Source of the DNA: Candidatus Poseidoniales archaeon
GTDB taxonomy: Archaea > Thermoplasmatota > Poseidoniia > MGIII > CG-Epi1
Assembly: GCA_045567855.1 (NCBI GenBank)
Contig: JBJLCC010000037.1
Coordinates: 34,625-98,624, forward strand
DNA: 64,000 nt
Direction: 5' to 3'
Shown here piece after piece: positions 54,974 to 64,000 of this stretch. Made by a program: the position numbers and the translations under genes. The stretch's first letter is position 1, and every line of letters begins with the position of its first letter. Below the pieces are notes generated by a model. That model was not told where the DNA came from and made no database searches. It saw only the letters and a program-made list of their open reading frames with translations.

Positions 54974-55671
54974 TTGACAATCTCATGGAATAGCTTTTCA
55001 AGCGTAAGATTCTGTTTCTTCAAATCTTTTAAATTAATAAGAGATTGAATTCTACCTTGATGTATAATGGCCGCCCTGTGGCATAATCTTTCAGCGTTTT
55101 CTAGTAAATGTGTATTAATGAATACAGTTCCACCATCATCCACGTATTCTTTCAGCCATTGCCTAACTTTAGACTGAACAAGAGGATCAAGATTTATGAA
55201 TGGCTCATCTAAGAACATTAGTTTTGCATCAGATATGAAGGCTGAGGCCAACATGACCTTTTGCTTCTGACCTCTGGACAGGTTTCGACAAACTCTTCCC
55301 TCCATTAAATCCAGTTCAAAGAAATTTAACCAATAATCTATTTGTTTATCATCAATATTCCTTATATTAACAACTAATTCTAACACTTCTCTAGGTGTCA
55401 GGAAACTGGGCGGAGACTCTTGCTCAGGAACAATTGCTATCCTTGATTTTATATCCTTGAAGTGGTTGAAAGTTTCTAGCCCAAATACATCAGCTTTTCC
55501 CTCGGAAGGTTTTAGCTGACAGGTGAGAATTTTTAGTAGTGTAGTTTTACCAGCTCCGTTAGGCCCTAAGAGTCCAAAGAACTCACCCTCTTTTACTTCT
55601 AGTTCTACATTAGCTAGAGCTTCCACTTCATCATATCTTTTTGAAAGATTTTCACATTTTATTACAGACAT
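54970..55671 (-). CDS. ABC transporter ATP-binding protein
   Basis: GLLGPNGAGKTT Walker A, LSRGQKQKV signature, LDEP Walker B. Confidence 0.9.
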   Translation of the reverse strand: MSVIKCENLSKRYDEVEALANVELEVKEGEFFGLLGPNGAGKTTLLKILTCQLKPSEGKADVFGLETFNHFKDIKSRIAIVPEQESPPSFLTPREVLELVVNIRNIDDKQIDYWLNFFELDLMEGRVCRNLSRGQKQKVMLASAFISDAKLMFLDEPFINLDPLVQSKVRQWLKEYVDDGGTVFINTHLLENAERLCHRAAIIHQGRIQSLINLKDLKKQNLTLEKLFHEIVK

Positions 55672-56067
55672 CTAAGAAAACATTTTTTTAATAGTTCTAG
55701 AGATAATACTCTTATCATTTGAATCCACTTCAGGTTTTTCTTTGTCCTTTCCAAAAATACTCTTTCTTATAAAAAACATGTTATCTTCATAGTTTAGTGT
55801 ATCTTTTCCTACTAGCCTCATAGGCAAAGGTAGAATCTCCCAGGTTTTATCAATTATACTTTGATATTTTTTGTCATTATTAATATATGAAAGACCTTTA
55901 CCGGCAATTCCATTCATAGATGAAATAATAATCTTTGTTGCCAAGCCTAATACTACGGAATCAGCTTTATTCTTTGCCATTTCTGATGCTGCAGATGCGG
56001 AATTGTTAATTTCCTTACTTATTCCCTTTACGTTTTGATTAATTTTATTTTTTATATCTTCAAGCAT
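55672..56067 (-). CDS. hypothetical protein
   Basis: 131-aa ORF contiguous with the ABC ATPase (stop/start adjacent); no recognisable motif. Confidence 0.4.
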   Translation of the reverse strand: MLEDIKNKINQNVKGISKEINNSASAASEMAKNKADSVVLGLATKIIISSMNGIAGKGLSYINNDKKYQSIIDKTWEILPLPMRLVGKDTLNYEDNMFFIRKSIFGKDKEKPEVDSNDKSIISRTIKKMFS

Positions 56068-56087
56068 ATTATGGTATTCTCTTTATG

Positions 56088-56831
56088 TTAATTAAATCTG
56101 TCCTGTTCGACAGCTCTCCAAAGATATGTCCCAAGTAGGGCTAAAGCGTAGGCAAAACATACTTCAGAATATTCGTTGAATTCTTCTAATTCTTCAGTTA
56201 CAAGTGGTGAAAGAACCTCTATAAGTATAAATATTATTCCAACTACAAAAGCAGGAACAATCGATCTTGGAATTTTCAATACCCAGGTGCTTAAATGTGA
56301 AAATTTTGCCGGTATTAATGTTTCACTCCAAGGCCTTCTAAATGCGTGTGGGATTATTGAGGTATAAGTTGAAAATACTATTGCACCAAAGGCAAGAAAA
56401 ATTTCCATATTTTCTCGATGGTGAAGATTCATCGCATCTCCTTTAGTGGCATCTTTAGAAGAATCTGACAATTCATAACCTATAGCTCTCTGGCCAAATT
56501 CTAATTCTTGAAGTGATGCATATAGAGCAACAGAAAAAAAGGCAAGTAATTGTATAGTTACAAATAAACGTTTCAAGTTTGTAACACCCTTGTGCTTTAA
56601 TTCGTTTAGTATATATCTTCCCATTCCTACTATAGCAATAAAAAGGAAGAAGACAGTTAAATTTTCAATGTATCCATCCTCATATTGCAGTCTGTCAAAA
56701 AAATTTGGACTTATTAGGAAAAGAATTATTATAGAGAGTAAGGCGAAAATAGAACTTTTTGCAACAAAACCTCTGTAGATGCCTTCTAGATTTTCAATTT
56801 CTAATTCTGAAAAGTGTTTTTCCGCTTTCAT
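56088..56831 (-). CDS. hypothetical polytopic membrane protein
   Basis: 247 aa, ~6 TM; first gene of the putative 4-gene ABC operon. Confidence 0.45.
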   Translation of the reverse strand: MKAEKHFSELEIENLEGIYRGFVAKSSIFALLSIIILFLISPNFFDRLQYEDGYIENLTVFFLFIAIVGMGRYILNELKHKGVTNLKRLFVTIQLLAFFSVALYASLQELEFGQRAIGYELSDSSKDATKGDAMNLHHRENMEIFLAFGAIVFSTYTSIIPHAFRRPWSETLIPAKFSHLSTWVLKIPRSIVPAFVVGIIFILIEVLSPLVTEELEEFNEYSEVCFAYALALLGTYLWRAVEQDRFN

Positions 56832-56912
56832 ATCCTCTCTTTGTCCTTAATTGAACAGCTAATATTATTTGAACTATGACGTTCTTATTTATAAACTTTG
56901 TAGACCAATTCT

Positions 56913-56922
56913 ATTATTAATT
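56913..56922 (+). promoter_or_regulatory. TATA-like box upstream of tRNA-Leu
   Basis: TATTATTAAT ~25 nt upstream of the tRNA 5' end. Confidence 0.3.
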
Positions 56923-56944
56923 CATGTTTCCAGAGGTATTTCAA

Positions 56945-57031
56945 GCGGGGGTCGCATAGCCAGGCCAATTGCGCTGGGTTTAGGTCCCAGTCCTTAGTGG
57001 TACGAGGGTTCAAATCCCTCCCCCCGCACCA
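56945..57031 (+). tRNA. tRNA-Leu (anticodon TAG), type II with long variable arm, encoded CCA
   Basis: acceptor GCGGGGG/CCCCCGC, anticodon arm CTGGG-TTTAGGT-CCCAG, 13-nt variable arm, T arm GAGGG-TTCAAAT-CCCTC, ACCA end. Confidence 0.85.
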
Positions 57032-57069
57032 TTCATTTGCCGCAATAAACTTTAACCATTTCCTGCATT

Positions 57070-57915
57070 ATGTTAATCATGTTTGGGGGTATAGAGCTCG
57101 GAGGCACAAAGTGCATACTAGCAGTGGCAGAGTCTCCAAGGAATATTATTTCAAAAAAAATTATTAGTACTGGGTACCCTGAAAATACTTTCTCTGAAAT
57201 TTATTCTTTCTTCAGTGATTATTCGATAACGAGGCTTGGTGTAGGTTCTTTTGGACCAATCATTTTAAACCCCGAATCAGAAAAGTTTGGCACAATCGTA
57301 TCCGAAAGTAAGGACTTTTGGGAAGGAGTTAATGTATTTCATTCCTTAGAAAAAATTTGCACGACTATTTCCATAGATACTGATGTAAATGCTGCAGCAA
57401 TTGGTGAATACAAGTATGGATTAGGGGCAAAATGTCAAACACTAGCTTATGTCACCGTAGGGACAGGTATAGGCGTAGGTGTACTTTTAGATGGAAAACC
57501 TTTTAGAGGTAATTTTCATCTAGAAGCTGGACACATGAAGATTCCTAATAAGGAAAATTATACTGGAGTATGCAAACTACATGGAGATTGTTGGGAAGGA
57601 TTGGCAAGTGGCCCATCAATGAAGGCTAGATGGGGAGTTGATCCTGTAGAACTACCTGAGAATCATGAAGCTTGGGCTATTGAAGCGGATTTATTGTCTC
57701 TTGGTCTGATAAATATAATAAGTAATCACTCTCCAGATAAGATTATTTTAGGCGGTGGAGTAATGTCTCAAAGGCATTTGCTTCCAATGATAAGGAACAA
57801 TATAGGTAAATTTTGGAATAACTTCACTCCTTTAGGTAATATTTCAGATTTAATTACTAGCCCCGTTTTGGGAAAAGATTCAGGAATAATTGGCTCATTA
57901 TCTTTAGTATGTTGA
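57070..57915 (+). CDS. ROK-family sugar kinase (glucokinase-like)
   Basis: GIELGGTKCILAV ATPase motif; CKLHGDCWEGLASG Zn motif. Confidence 0.75.
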   Translation: MLIMFGGIELGGTKCILAVAESPRNIISKKIISTGYPENTFSEIYSFFSDYSITRLGVGSFGPIILNPESEKFGTIVSESKDFWEGVNVFHSLEKICTTISIDTDVNAAAIGEYKYGLGAKCQTLAYVTVGTGIGVGVLLDGKPFRGNFHLEAGHMKIPNKENYTGVCKLHGDCWEGLASGPSMKARWGVDPVELPENHEAWAIEADLLSLGLINIISNHSPDKIILGGGVMSQRHLLPMIRNNIGKFWNNFTPLGNISDLITSPVLGKDSGIIGSLSLVC

Positions 57916-57919
57916 TTTA

Positions 57920-57995
57920 TGGTGGTCCCGCCCAGATTTGAACTGGAGTCTATACCACCCCAAGGTACAAGGATGCCAAGCTACCCCACGGGACC
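57920..57995 (-). tRNA. tRNA-Pro (anticodon GGG favoured; TGG alternative), encoded CCA
   Basis: acceptor GGTCCCG/CGGGACC, anticodon arm GTACC-TTGGGGT-GGTAT, T arm TCCAG-TTCAAAT-CTGGG, ACCA end. Confidence 0.75.
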
Positions 57996-58026
57996 CCAAG
58001 AACAATTTTGGACGATAATAAAAAAA

Positions 58027-58218
58027 TTAATCGTAAGGTAGTAACTCATCAATCAAATCTAAATGAGATACATAAATTTTTCTACAGCAGTATCGTTTGA
58101 TTCCCAAATCATCCATTACTTTTGCAGGATCTTCGCCACTTTCTCTTCTTTCAACAAATTCTTCGTAGGTGCCGCCTACAACTTTATTGCAACTGAAACA
58201 TCTTACTGGTACTAACAT
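58027..58218 (-). CDS. rpoN: DNA-directed RNA polymerase subunit N (Rpb10)
   Basis: MLVPVRCFSCNKVVG..CCRK; tracked ORF has a 15-aa spurious N-extension. Confidence 0.85.
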   Translation of the reverse strand: MLVPVRCFSCNKVVGGTYEEFVERRESGEDPAKVMDDLGIKRYCCRKIYVSHLDLIDELLPYD

Positions 58219-58225
58219 ATATTGA

Positions 58226-58627
58226 TCACCTGTATGACTTCTGCCTCTTTTTCCTTGCTCCACGCCCGAGCGGATGCTTAGGTTCTTTACGTCTTGTATC
58301 GTTTACTAAGAGTGCACGATCATAACTTTGAAATAATTTCTGTAAATCTTCATCACCAAACCACTCTATAATGCCTCTAGCAATTGCAGTTCTAGAAGCT
58401 TCAGCTTGCCCCATGACCCCTCCACCTGCAACACTTACATTGATGTCTATACGGTTTTTTTGTTTCCCAGCTAATTCTAAAGGTTCTTGAATTTTAAGCC
58501 TTGCCAATTCGGGTTGGTAAAATTCTACTGGTTTATTATTAATTCTGACTCTTCCTTTGCCGGATTTGAAAGTAGCCCTGGCTATAGCCGTTTTTCTTTT
58601 CCCGCTTGTATGGATGATTTTTGCCAT
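58226..58627 (-). CDS. rps9: 30S ribosomal protein S9 (uS9)
   Basis: [27 protein letters not shown]-terminal ..KKRQKSYR; start at MAKIIH. Confidence 0.88.
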   Translation of the reverse strand: MAKIIHTSGKRKTAIARATFKSGKGRVRINNKPVEFYQPELARLKIQEPLELAGKQKNRIDINVSVAGGGVMGQAEASRTAIARGIIEWFGDEDLQKLFQSYDRALLVNDTRRKEPKHPLGRGARKKRQKSYR

Positions 58628-58628
58628 T

Positions 58629-59042
58629 TTAGAATTTAGCTCCCAATATTTTGGATATGTCACCAAGTGATACATATTTAGTATTATCATTCATCTGAGC
58701 TTTATCTACAGTTTCTACCTTTGCATCTTCAATGGAGGAAGGCTTTCCAATGTCAACTTTTAATCTTTTAAATGCTTCTCTTCCACGAGGTTTCTGATAA
58801 GGAATCATTCCTCTTACTGCCCTCTTCAGCATAAGATGAGGCATTCTGGGGTAAAATGGACCTTTTCTTGGGTGGTTCAATTGTCTTTTTTCAACATATT
58901 CTCCAACAACGCTATCTCTATTTCCGGAGATCATAGCTTTTTCCGCGTTAATGATATGTATTTCATCACCATTTAACAAACTCTTTGCTGCATGGCTAGC
59001 TAATCTTCCCATGATACACCCACTTGCGTCTAATATTTTCAT
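58629..59042 (-). CDS. rpl13: 50S ribosomal protein L13 (uL13)
   Basis: [16 protein letters not shown].. Confidence 0.85.
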   Translation of the reverse strand: MKILDASGCIMGRLASHAAKSLLNGDEIHIINAEKAMISGNRDSVVGEYVEKRQLNHPRKGPFYPRMPHLMLKRAVRGMIPYQKPRGREAFKRLKVDIGKPSSIEDAKVETVDKAQMNDNTKYVSLGDISKILGAKF

Positions 59043-59413
59043 TAACCAATCACCATAACATCTTTACCAGTTGGATTCTTTTTAATAAAATCGTTATAAA
59101 TCATGCATTTGCCACCAGCGCTTTCAATTTTTTGGACTGCAGATTTTGTGAAGCTATATGCCGAGACAGTAACCTTCTTACTTAAATTTCCGCTACCCAG
59201 TATCTTTCCCGGAATTAGCACTTTTCCATTTTTAGCAGCATTATATTCAATTTTACTTATGTTAACTACAGGCCAATTTCTACTAGGTCCTTCTAATTTC
59301 TTAGCAATACTTTTCCAGATTGGCGCATCATTCTCTCTTGACGCAGCTCTAAGCTCATTGATAGTCTTGACTAGTTCTGAGTTGCTTTTCTTTGAAATTT
59401 GCTTCTTTGACAT
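59042..59413 (-). CDS. rpl18e: 50S ribosomal protein L18e
   Basis: Lys-rich 123 aa, position in the conserved archaeal L18e-L13-S9-RpoN cluster. Confidence 0.7.
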   Translation of the reverse strand: MSKKQISKKSNSELVKTINELRAASRENDAPIWKSIAKKLEGPSRNWPVVNISKIEYNAAKNGKVLIPGKILGSGNLSKKVTVSAYSFTKSAVQKIESAGGKCMIYNDFIKKNPTGKDVMVIG

Positions 59414-59463
59414 AGTCTTTCTTAAAGTCAGATTGGCGGCCAGACTGTGCCGTATTTAAAGTA

Positions 59464-60072
59464 TTAGTCGGACTTAATTATTACTTTACCCTTGTTTATC
59501 TCCAATTTTCCAGAAGTTAAGAGATGCAGAGCCTTTGGAAAAATGTAATGTTCAAGTGGTAGTATTTTTGAAGCTAATGTGTCTTCATCATCATTTGCAT
59601 CTACAGTTACGGATTGCTGCATTATTATAGGTCCCGTATCAACACCTTCGTCTACAATGTGGACTGTACATCCACTTTCTTTAGCTCCAGCTCTAATGGC
59701 ATCTCTGTGCGCATGAGCTCCAGGGAATGAAGGTAAAAGTGAAGGGTGTATGTTAATTATTTTATTTTTGTACTCTTCGATAAAAGCCTTTGATAGTATC
59801 CTCATAAATCCAGCTAATACAATGATCTCAATATTGTTCTCTCTCAGAACATCTAATACTTCTTGGTCAAATTCTTCTCGTTTCTTATTATATGACTCAA
59901 TAATTTTGTAATTAATTTTGTGTTTTTTCGCCCTTTCGATAGCATACGCTTCTTCTTTATTAGCAATAAGTAGAATAATGTTGCAATTTGGAAGCTCGTC
60001 TCTGCTTGCAGCATCTATGATTGATTGAAAATTACTACCGTTCCCAGACGCTAAAATTGCAACACGCATCAT
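59464..60072 (-). CDS. purN: phosphoribosylglycinamide formyltransferase
   Basis: MRVAILASGNGSNFQSI; formyltransferase SLLP..HP motifs. Confidence 0.85.
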   Translation of the reverse strand: MMRVAILASGNGSNFQSIIDAASRDELPNCNIILLIANKEEAYAIERAKKHKINYKIIESYNKKREEFDQEVLDVLRENNIEIIVLAGFMRILSKAFIEEYKNKIINIHPSLLPSFPGAHAHRDAIRAGAKESGCTVHIVDEGVDTGPIIMQQSVTVDANDDEDTLASKILPLEHYIFPKALHLLTSGKLEINKGKVIIKSD

Positions 60073-60096
60073 TTAATAATTACCAACCCTTTCATA

Positions 60097-60732
60097 TTAT
60101 ATTCTGCAATATTTTAATAATATTCCATTTCCTAACTTTTCTGCACTCTCAAGTGACAGTTTAAGTGTGTCCATCTTTGTTGTAAATCCCTCTCCGCCTG
60201 CTGCAGTAGGAGTTTTCTCTCCACCTACAATTAAACTCGCAACAAAGATATTTATTTCATCGAACAAGTTCTCATTTATGAATGACCAAAGAACAGTTTC
60301 TCCACCTTCCACTAGTATATTTTTGATTCCTTTATCAAATAATTTTTCAATTAATAATTTTATGTTTATTTCCTCTTCTCCGCACTTGATTATTTCAGAA
60401 TCTCCTATACTCCCTCTATTGAAATCGTTTCCTACGGCTATTATTGTTTTAGCATGATTATTCAGTATATTAGAATCTAATGGCGTTCTTCCGTTAGTAT
60501 CAAGAATCACTCTTACCGGGTTATTATCTATATCTTCACTATTTTTTATTGTCAAGTTGGGGTTATCTTCCAGAACTGTTCCGATACCTACCAAAATTGC
60601 GTCAGATTTCCTCCTAAGGTGATTAACTCTCTCCATATCTTCCTCATTTGAAAGCCTTATTTGCTTTCTGTTGGGTAGTGCAATCTTCCCGTCTGCTGAC
60701 ATTGCACAGTTAATGATTATACGATTCTTCAC
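60097..60732 (-). CDS. 2,5-diamino-6-ribosylamino-4(3H)-pyrimidinone 5'-phosphate reductase (RibD C-terminal domain-like)
   Basis: IINCAMSADGKIA..DAILVGIGTVLEDNP..LVEGG. Confidence 0.75.
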   Translation of the reverse strand: MKNRIIINCAMSADGKIALPNRKQIRLSNEEDMERVNHLRRKSDAILVGIGTVLEDNPNLTIKNSEDIDNNPVRVILDTNGRTPLDSNILNNHAKTIIAVGNDFNRGSIGDSEIIKCGEEEINIKLLIEKLFDKGIKNILVEGGETVLWSFINENLFDEINIFVASLIVGGEKTPTAAGGEGFTTKMDTLKLSLESAEKLGNGILLKYCRI

Positions 60733-60786
60733 ACGTTACATAAGAGTGTGGATTAAATAAAGTGAGTAAGTACTTATTTTTGAGTA

Positions 60787-61605
60787 TTAATATTCTTCTT
60801 TCTCATTTGGAAAATCTTGGCTTTTTACATCGCCGATGTAGCTTTTGACAGCCTCGTTAATTTCCTCATACAAATTTAAGTACCTTCTTAGAAATCTTGG
60901 ATTAAATTCGTGTGTCATTCCTAGCATGTCGTGTAAAACGAGTACTTGACCATCTACGCCATTTCCAGCTCCAATGCCTATTACTGGAATGTCTAGCTCT
61001 TCACTTACCTTTTTAGCTAAGTCTGCCGGAATTTTTTCTAGTACAATTGCAAAACATCCGGTCTTTTGTAGTGTTTTTGCATCCTCAATAAGTTTTTTTG
61101 CTTCATCATTTTGCTTAGCTCGAACGGTATACGTTCCAAATTTGTATATTGATTGGGGTGTGAGTCCCAAATGACCCATTACTGGAATTCCTGCTGTTAG
61201 AATCCTCTCGACAGACTCTATGATTTCAGTTCCTCCTTCAAGTTTTACAGCATGAGCACCTGATTCTTTCATAATTCTAATTGATGATCTTAGTGCTTTT
61301 TTTGAATCGCCTTGGTAAGAACCGAACGGTAGGTCAACAACGACTAAAGATCTTTTGGCACCTTTTACCACAGAACTTGCATGGTATATCATGTGATCTA
61401 GAGTTATGGGAAGTGTTGTTTCATGGCCCGCCATTACATTGGAAGCTGAATCTCCGACTAATATAACATCAATTCCTGCATTATCAACAATTTTGGCAAG
61501 AGTATAATCGTATGAGGTAAGCATAGAAATCTTCTCCTTATTTTCTTTCATATCCTGTAAAACATTCGTTGTTATTCTCTTGTATTTCTTAGCCATTTCA
61601 CTCAA
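60787..61605 (-). CDS. panB: 3-methyl-2-oxobutanoate hydroxymethyltransferase
   Basis: [27 protein letters not shown].. Confidence 0.85.
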   Translation of the reverse strand: MSEMAKKYKRITTNVLQDMKENKEKISMLTSYDYTLAKIVDNAGIDVILVGDSASNVMAGHETTLPITLDHMIYHASSVVKGAKRSLVVVDLPFGSYQGDSKKALRSSIRIMKESGAHAVKLEGGTEIIESVERILTAGIPVMGHLGLTPQSIYKFGTYTVRAKQNDEAKKLIEDAKTLQKTGCFAIVLEKIPADLAKKVSEELDIPVIGIGAGNGVDGQVLVLHDMLGMTHEFNPRFLRRYLNLYEEINEAVKSYIGDVKSQDFPNEKEEY

Positions 61606-62056
61606 TTATATTGACGTGGCTAGTTATGCTTTTTTATGGCTTTTTTTTTCGGCATTAGTCCGAACGCTTTTAATAGGGTTGTACAGAAGGGGAGATGTGC
61701 TTGGACATGAGTACGTTCCGATAGGTATTTTTGCGCTTATAGCGCTGTCATTTCCTATTTTGACATTCTTTGCTGGGAGATTCTTCCGTCCCAATAATGA
61801 CAATGCTCTAAAAAATTCAACCTATGAGTGTGGTGAAGTACCTGTGGGAGAAGCTCACATTCAGTTCCATTTTCAGTATTACATGTTTGCTATTTTATTC
61901 GTAGTTTTTGATTTGGTAGTAGTATTTTTAATTTTGTGGGTTCAAGTATACATGGTACTCCAGGTGTCTGCAAAAATAATTATGATGCTATTTTTACTTA
62001 TAACTCTTTTAGGTTTGTGGTATGCATTTAGAAAAGAGGATGTGATATGGATATGA
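61580..62056 (+). CDS. nuoA: NADH-quinone oxidoreductase subunit A (start uncertain: ATG 61580 or in-frame GTG 61697)
   Basis: [20 protein letters not shown]; tracked ORF overlaps panB by 26 nt on the opposite strand. Confidence 0.75.
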   Translation: MYFLAISLNYIDVASYAFLWLFFSALVRTLLIGLYRRGDVLGHEYVPIGIFALIALSFPILTFFAGRFFRPNNDNALKNSTYECGEVPVGEAHIQFHFQYYMFAILFVVFDLVVVFLILWVQVYMVLQVSAKIIMMLFLLITLLGLWYAFRKEDVIWI

Positions 62057-62694
62057 GTGCCAAAGGAATAAGAGGAAATGTGGAACTTAGAAGAGGTCTT
62101 GGCTCTAAGACTACAGACCGCGAAAAGATAATGGAGGATGGTCCTGCAGGTGATTGGTTGGCTTTACGTTCAGATCACTTACTAAAATGGATTGATGATG
62201 CAGTTTACAATGCATCTGAAGCTACTGGCATGAGGGAAGTTGTAAATCGTGTTACAAGGCCAATATTTAATTTCGCTCAGAGATTTTCTCCACATCCGCT
62301 GCATTTTGGTATAATGTGTTGTGCAATTGAAATGGGGCAAGCTTCAGCTCCAGATCATGATATTGATAGATTAGGTCTTGTTTATCGTTCATCGCCTAGG
62401 CAGTGCGATGTTCTTATAGTCAATGGGCCAGTTTGTGAAAAATTACGTCCTAAACTAAAAACATTGTATGAGCAAATGCCAGAGCCCAAGTGGGTTATCG
62501 CAATGGGTGAATGCGCTATATCTGGTGGACCTTACTGGGATTCATACTCCGTAGTTGCAGGAGCAGATACATTTATGCCAGTTGATGTTTATATCCCAGG
62601 CTGTCCTGTGAGGCCTGAAGCATTGATGCATGGTTTTTTAACTTTGCAAAAGAAAATACGTGAGAAAGAACCGGGAATGTTCTTAAGGCGCTAA
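62047..62694 (+). CDS. nuoB: NADH-quinone oxidoreductase subunit B
   Basis: [31 protein letters not shown] Fe-S ligands. Confidence 0.9.
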   Translation: MDMSAKGIRGNVELRRGLGSKTTDREKIMEDGPAGDWLALRSDHLLKWIDDAVYNASEATGMREVVNRVTRPIFNFAQRFSPHPLHFGIMCCAIEMGQASAPDHDIDRLGLVYRSSPRQCDVLIVNGPVCEKLRPKLKTLYEQMPEPKWVIAMGECAISGGPYWDSYSVVAGADTFMPVDVYIPGCPVRPEALMHGFLTLQKKIREKEPGMFLRR

Positions 62695-62698
62695 TTCG

Positions 62699-63178
62699 AT
62701 GGATTTTAAGGGATTGCAAAATAAATTAAAAGCAATGAAAGGAGTTTCAAAGCTTTCATTGGTTCGCGCAAATGTCATTAAGTTAGATTTAGATAAATCA
62801 TTGTCTAAAGTTTTTTTTACAAAACTCAAAGAGCAGTTTTATTTTGAACATTGTTCACTCATAACGGCTATTGACAACCAACCGAATTTTGAATTAGTTT
62901 ATCATTTGTCTTGCCTCAGTGGTGAACTAAAAGTTGGAGATACGAAAATGTCAGCTATGGTTGAAGTTCATATTCATCTAGAGAGAGATTCTCCAGCAAT
63001 TGATTCAGTTTCAGATCTTTGGTTTGGAGCTAATTGGCACGAACGTGAGGCTTTTGACTTAATGGGTATTTACTTTATCGGCCATCCGGACCTCCGCAGA
63101 GTTCTTTTGCCAGAGGGTTTCGCAGGACATCCTCTTAGGAAAGATTATGTGTATGAAATACACGAGGAGGAGTGGTAA
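62699..63178 (+). CDS. nuoC: NADH-quinone oxidoreductase subunit C
   Basis: [38 protein letters not shown]. Confidence 0.88.
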   Translation: MDFKGLQNKLKAMKGVSKLSLVRANVIKLDLDKSLSKVFFTKLKEQFYFEHCSLITAIDNQPNFELVYHLSCLSGELKVGDTKMSAMVEVHIHLERDSPAIDSVSDLWFGANWHEREAFDLMGIYFIGHPDLRRVLLPEGFAGHPLRKDYVYEIHEEEW

Positions 63179-64000
63179 TGGCTGAAATGTGGATAAGTAT
63201 GGGTCCGCAGCATCCTATGACTCACGGTCTTTGGACTCTTAAAGTTAAAGTGGACGGAGAGACGATTGTCGATGCAGACCCAGAGCTCGGTTATTTACAT
63301 CGATCAGTTGAAAAAATGGGTGAACGAAGGAAATACTTCATGAATACCACTTTAACAGACAGGCTGTGTTATGCTAGTTCAACTACTTGGACCCATAGTT
63401 ATGTTCTTGCTGTGGAAGAATTAATGGAAGTTGAGATTCCTACAAGAGCACAATATATTAGGACAATTATGCTTGAACTACAAAGATTAGCATCTCATCT
63501 AATGTGGGCTGGAGCTTACATGCCTGATCTAGGACACATTACGGGTGCACTTTATTTTTGGAGAGATCGTGAATTATTTTTAAACTTACTTGAGCTTCCT
63601 AGTGGTAGTCGTCTACTTTACAACTATATTAGAATTGGTGGAGTCAAGAGAGATTTACCCGATGGTTTTGAACAGAAAACAGAAAGAATTTTAAAACTGT
63701 TTGAGCAAAGGCTTGATGAATATGCGGATCTTTTTGAAAATTCAAAAATATTCAGAATGAGAACTGAAGATGTCGGTAAATTTACTGGCACTCAAGCTAT
63801 GAATATGGGAATAACTGGCCCTAATTTAAGAGGCTGCGGTGTTAAGCATGATTTGCGTGTGGAAGACACCTATGAGATTTATGATGAAATTGATTGGGAT
63901 GTTTGTACAAGGGAGGCAGGTCCAGGATATAGCGACTGTTTCAGCAGGTATATGGTTAGGATTGATGAGATGAAGGAGTCAGTTCGGATTATACGAGACT
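63178..64000 (+). CDS. nuoD: NADH-quinone oxidoreductase subunit D (5' partial; continues past window end)
   Basis: [36 protein letters not shown]. Confidence 0.88.
   Translation, partial: MAEMWISMGPQHPMTHGLWTLKVKVDGETIVDADPELGYLHRSVEKMGERRKYFMNTTLTDRLCYASSTTWTHSYVLAVEELMEVEIPTRAQYIRTIMLELQRLASHLMWAGAYMPDLGHITGALYFWRDRELFLNLLELPSGSRLLYNYIRIGGVKRDLPDGFEQKTERILKLFEQRLDEYADLFENSKIFRMRTEDVGKFTGTQAMNMGITGPNLRGCGVKHDLRVEDTYEIYDEIDWDVCTREAGPGYSDCFSRYMVRIDEMKESVRIIRD

Noticed and set aside
56945-57995. tRNA-Leu and tRNA-Pro flanking a single gene, as a possible integrated element
   Set aside because: Only a ROK sugar kinase lies between them. There is no integrase or recombinase, no direct repeat of the tRNA 3' end, and GC content and codon usage are uniform.

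Overview
AT-rich (about 35-37% GC) chromosomal segment that is unambiguously archaeal. It encodes TFB, PCNA, thermosome, proteasome beta, aIF2-gamma, FttA/aCPSF1, Alba, Sec61-beta, Elp3, deoxyhypusine synthase, r-proteins S6e/L18e/L13/S9 with RpoN, and three tRNAs with genomically encoded CCA. Gene content suggests a marine Thermoplasmatota (MGII/III, Poseidoniales-like) organism: bacterial-type PDH E1, HMG-CoA reductase, a phytoene/squalene synthase homolog, 3-hydroxyacyl-CoA dehydrogenase, pepF, an M6 protease and giant sequon-rich surface proteins; this is inference only. Coding is dense and almost entirely housekeeping (purA, purN, panB, ribD-C, argF, argS, tyrS, dcd, hmgA, nuoABCD at the 3' edge). 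No CRISPR array, integrase or transposase was found. The standout locus is a divergent gene pair at 23244-28796. One gene is a 1025-aa Zn-ribbon/polytopic-membrane/McrB-like (AAA_5, DExNRA) NTPase fusion. The other is a 790-aa membrane-anchored protein with a ~450-aa coiled coil ending in a clear GreA/GreB C-terminal (FKBP-like) domain, a bacterial transcript-cleavage-factor domain not expected in archaea. Other notable items: an M6 (InhA-like) metalloprotease with PKD repeats broken by at least 3 frameshifts within 400 bp at the 5' edge; a 1206-aa surface protein with an internally duplicated module and a cytoplasmic Zn-ribbon tail, divergent from an RND/MMPL-type exporter; a membrane-anchored transglutaminase-like protein; an orphan bacterial-type aceE; and a tiny coiled-coil ORF translationally coupled to fttA.
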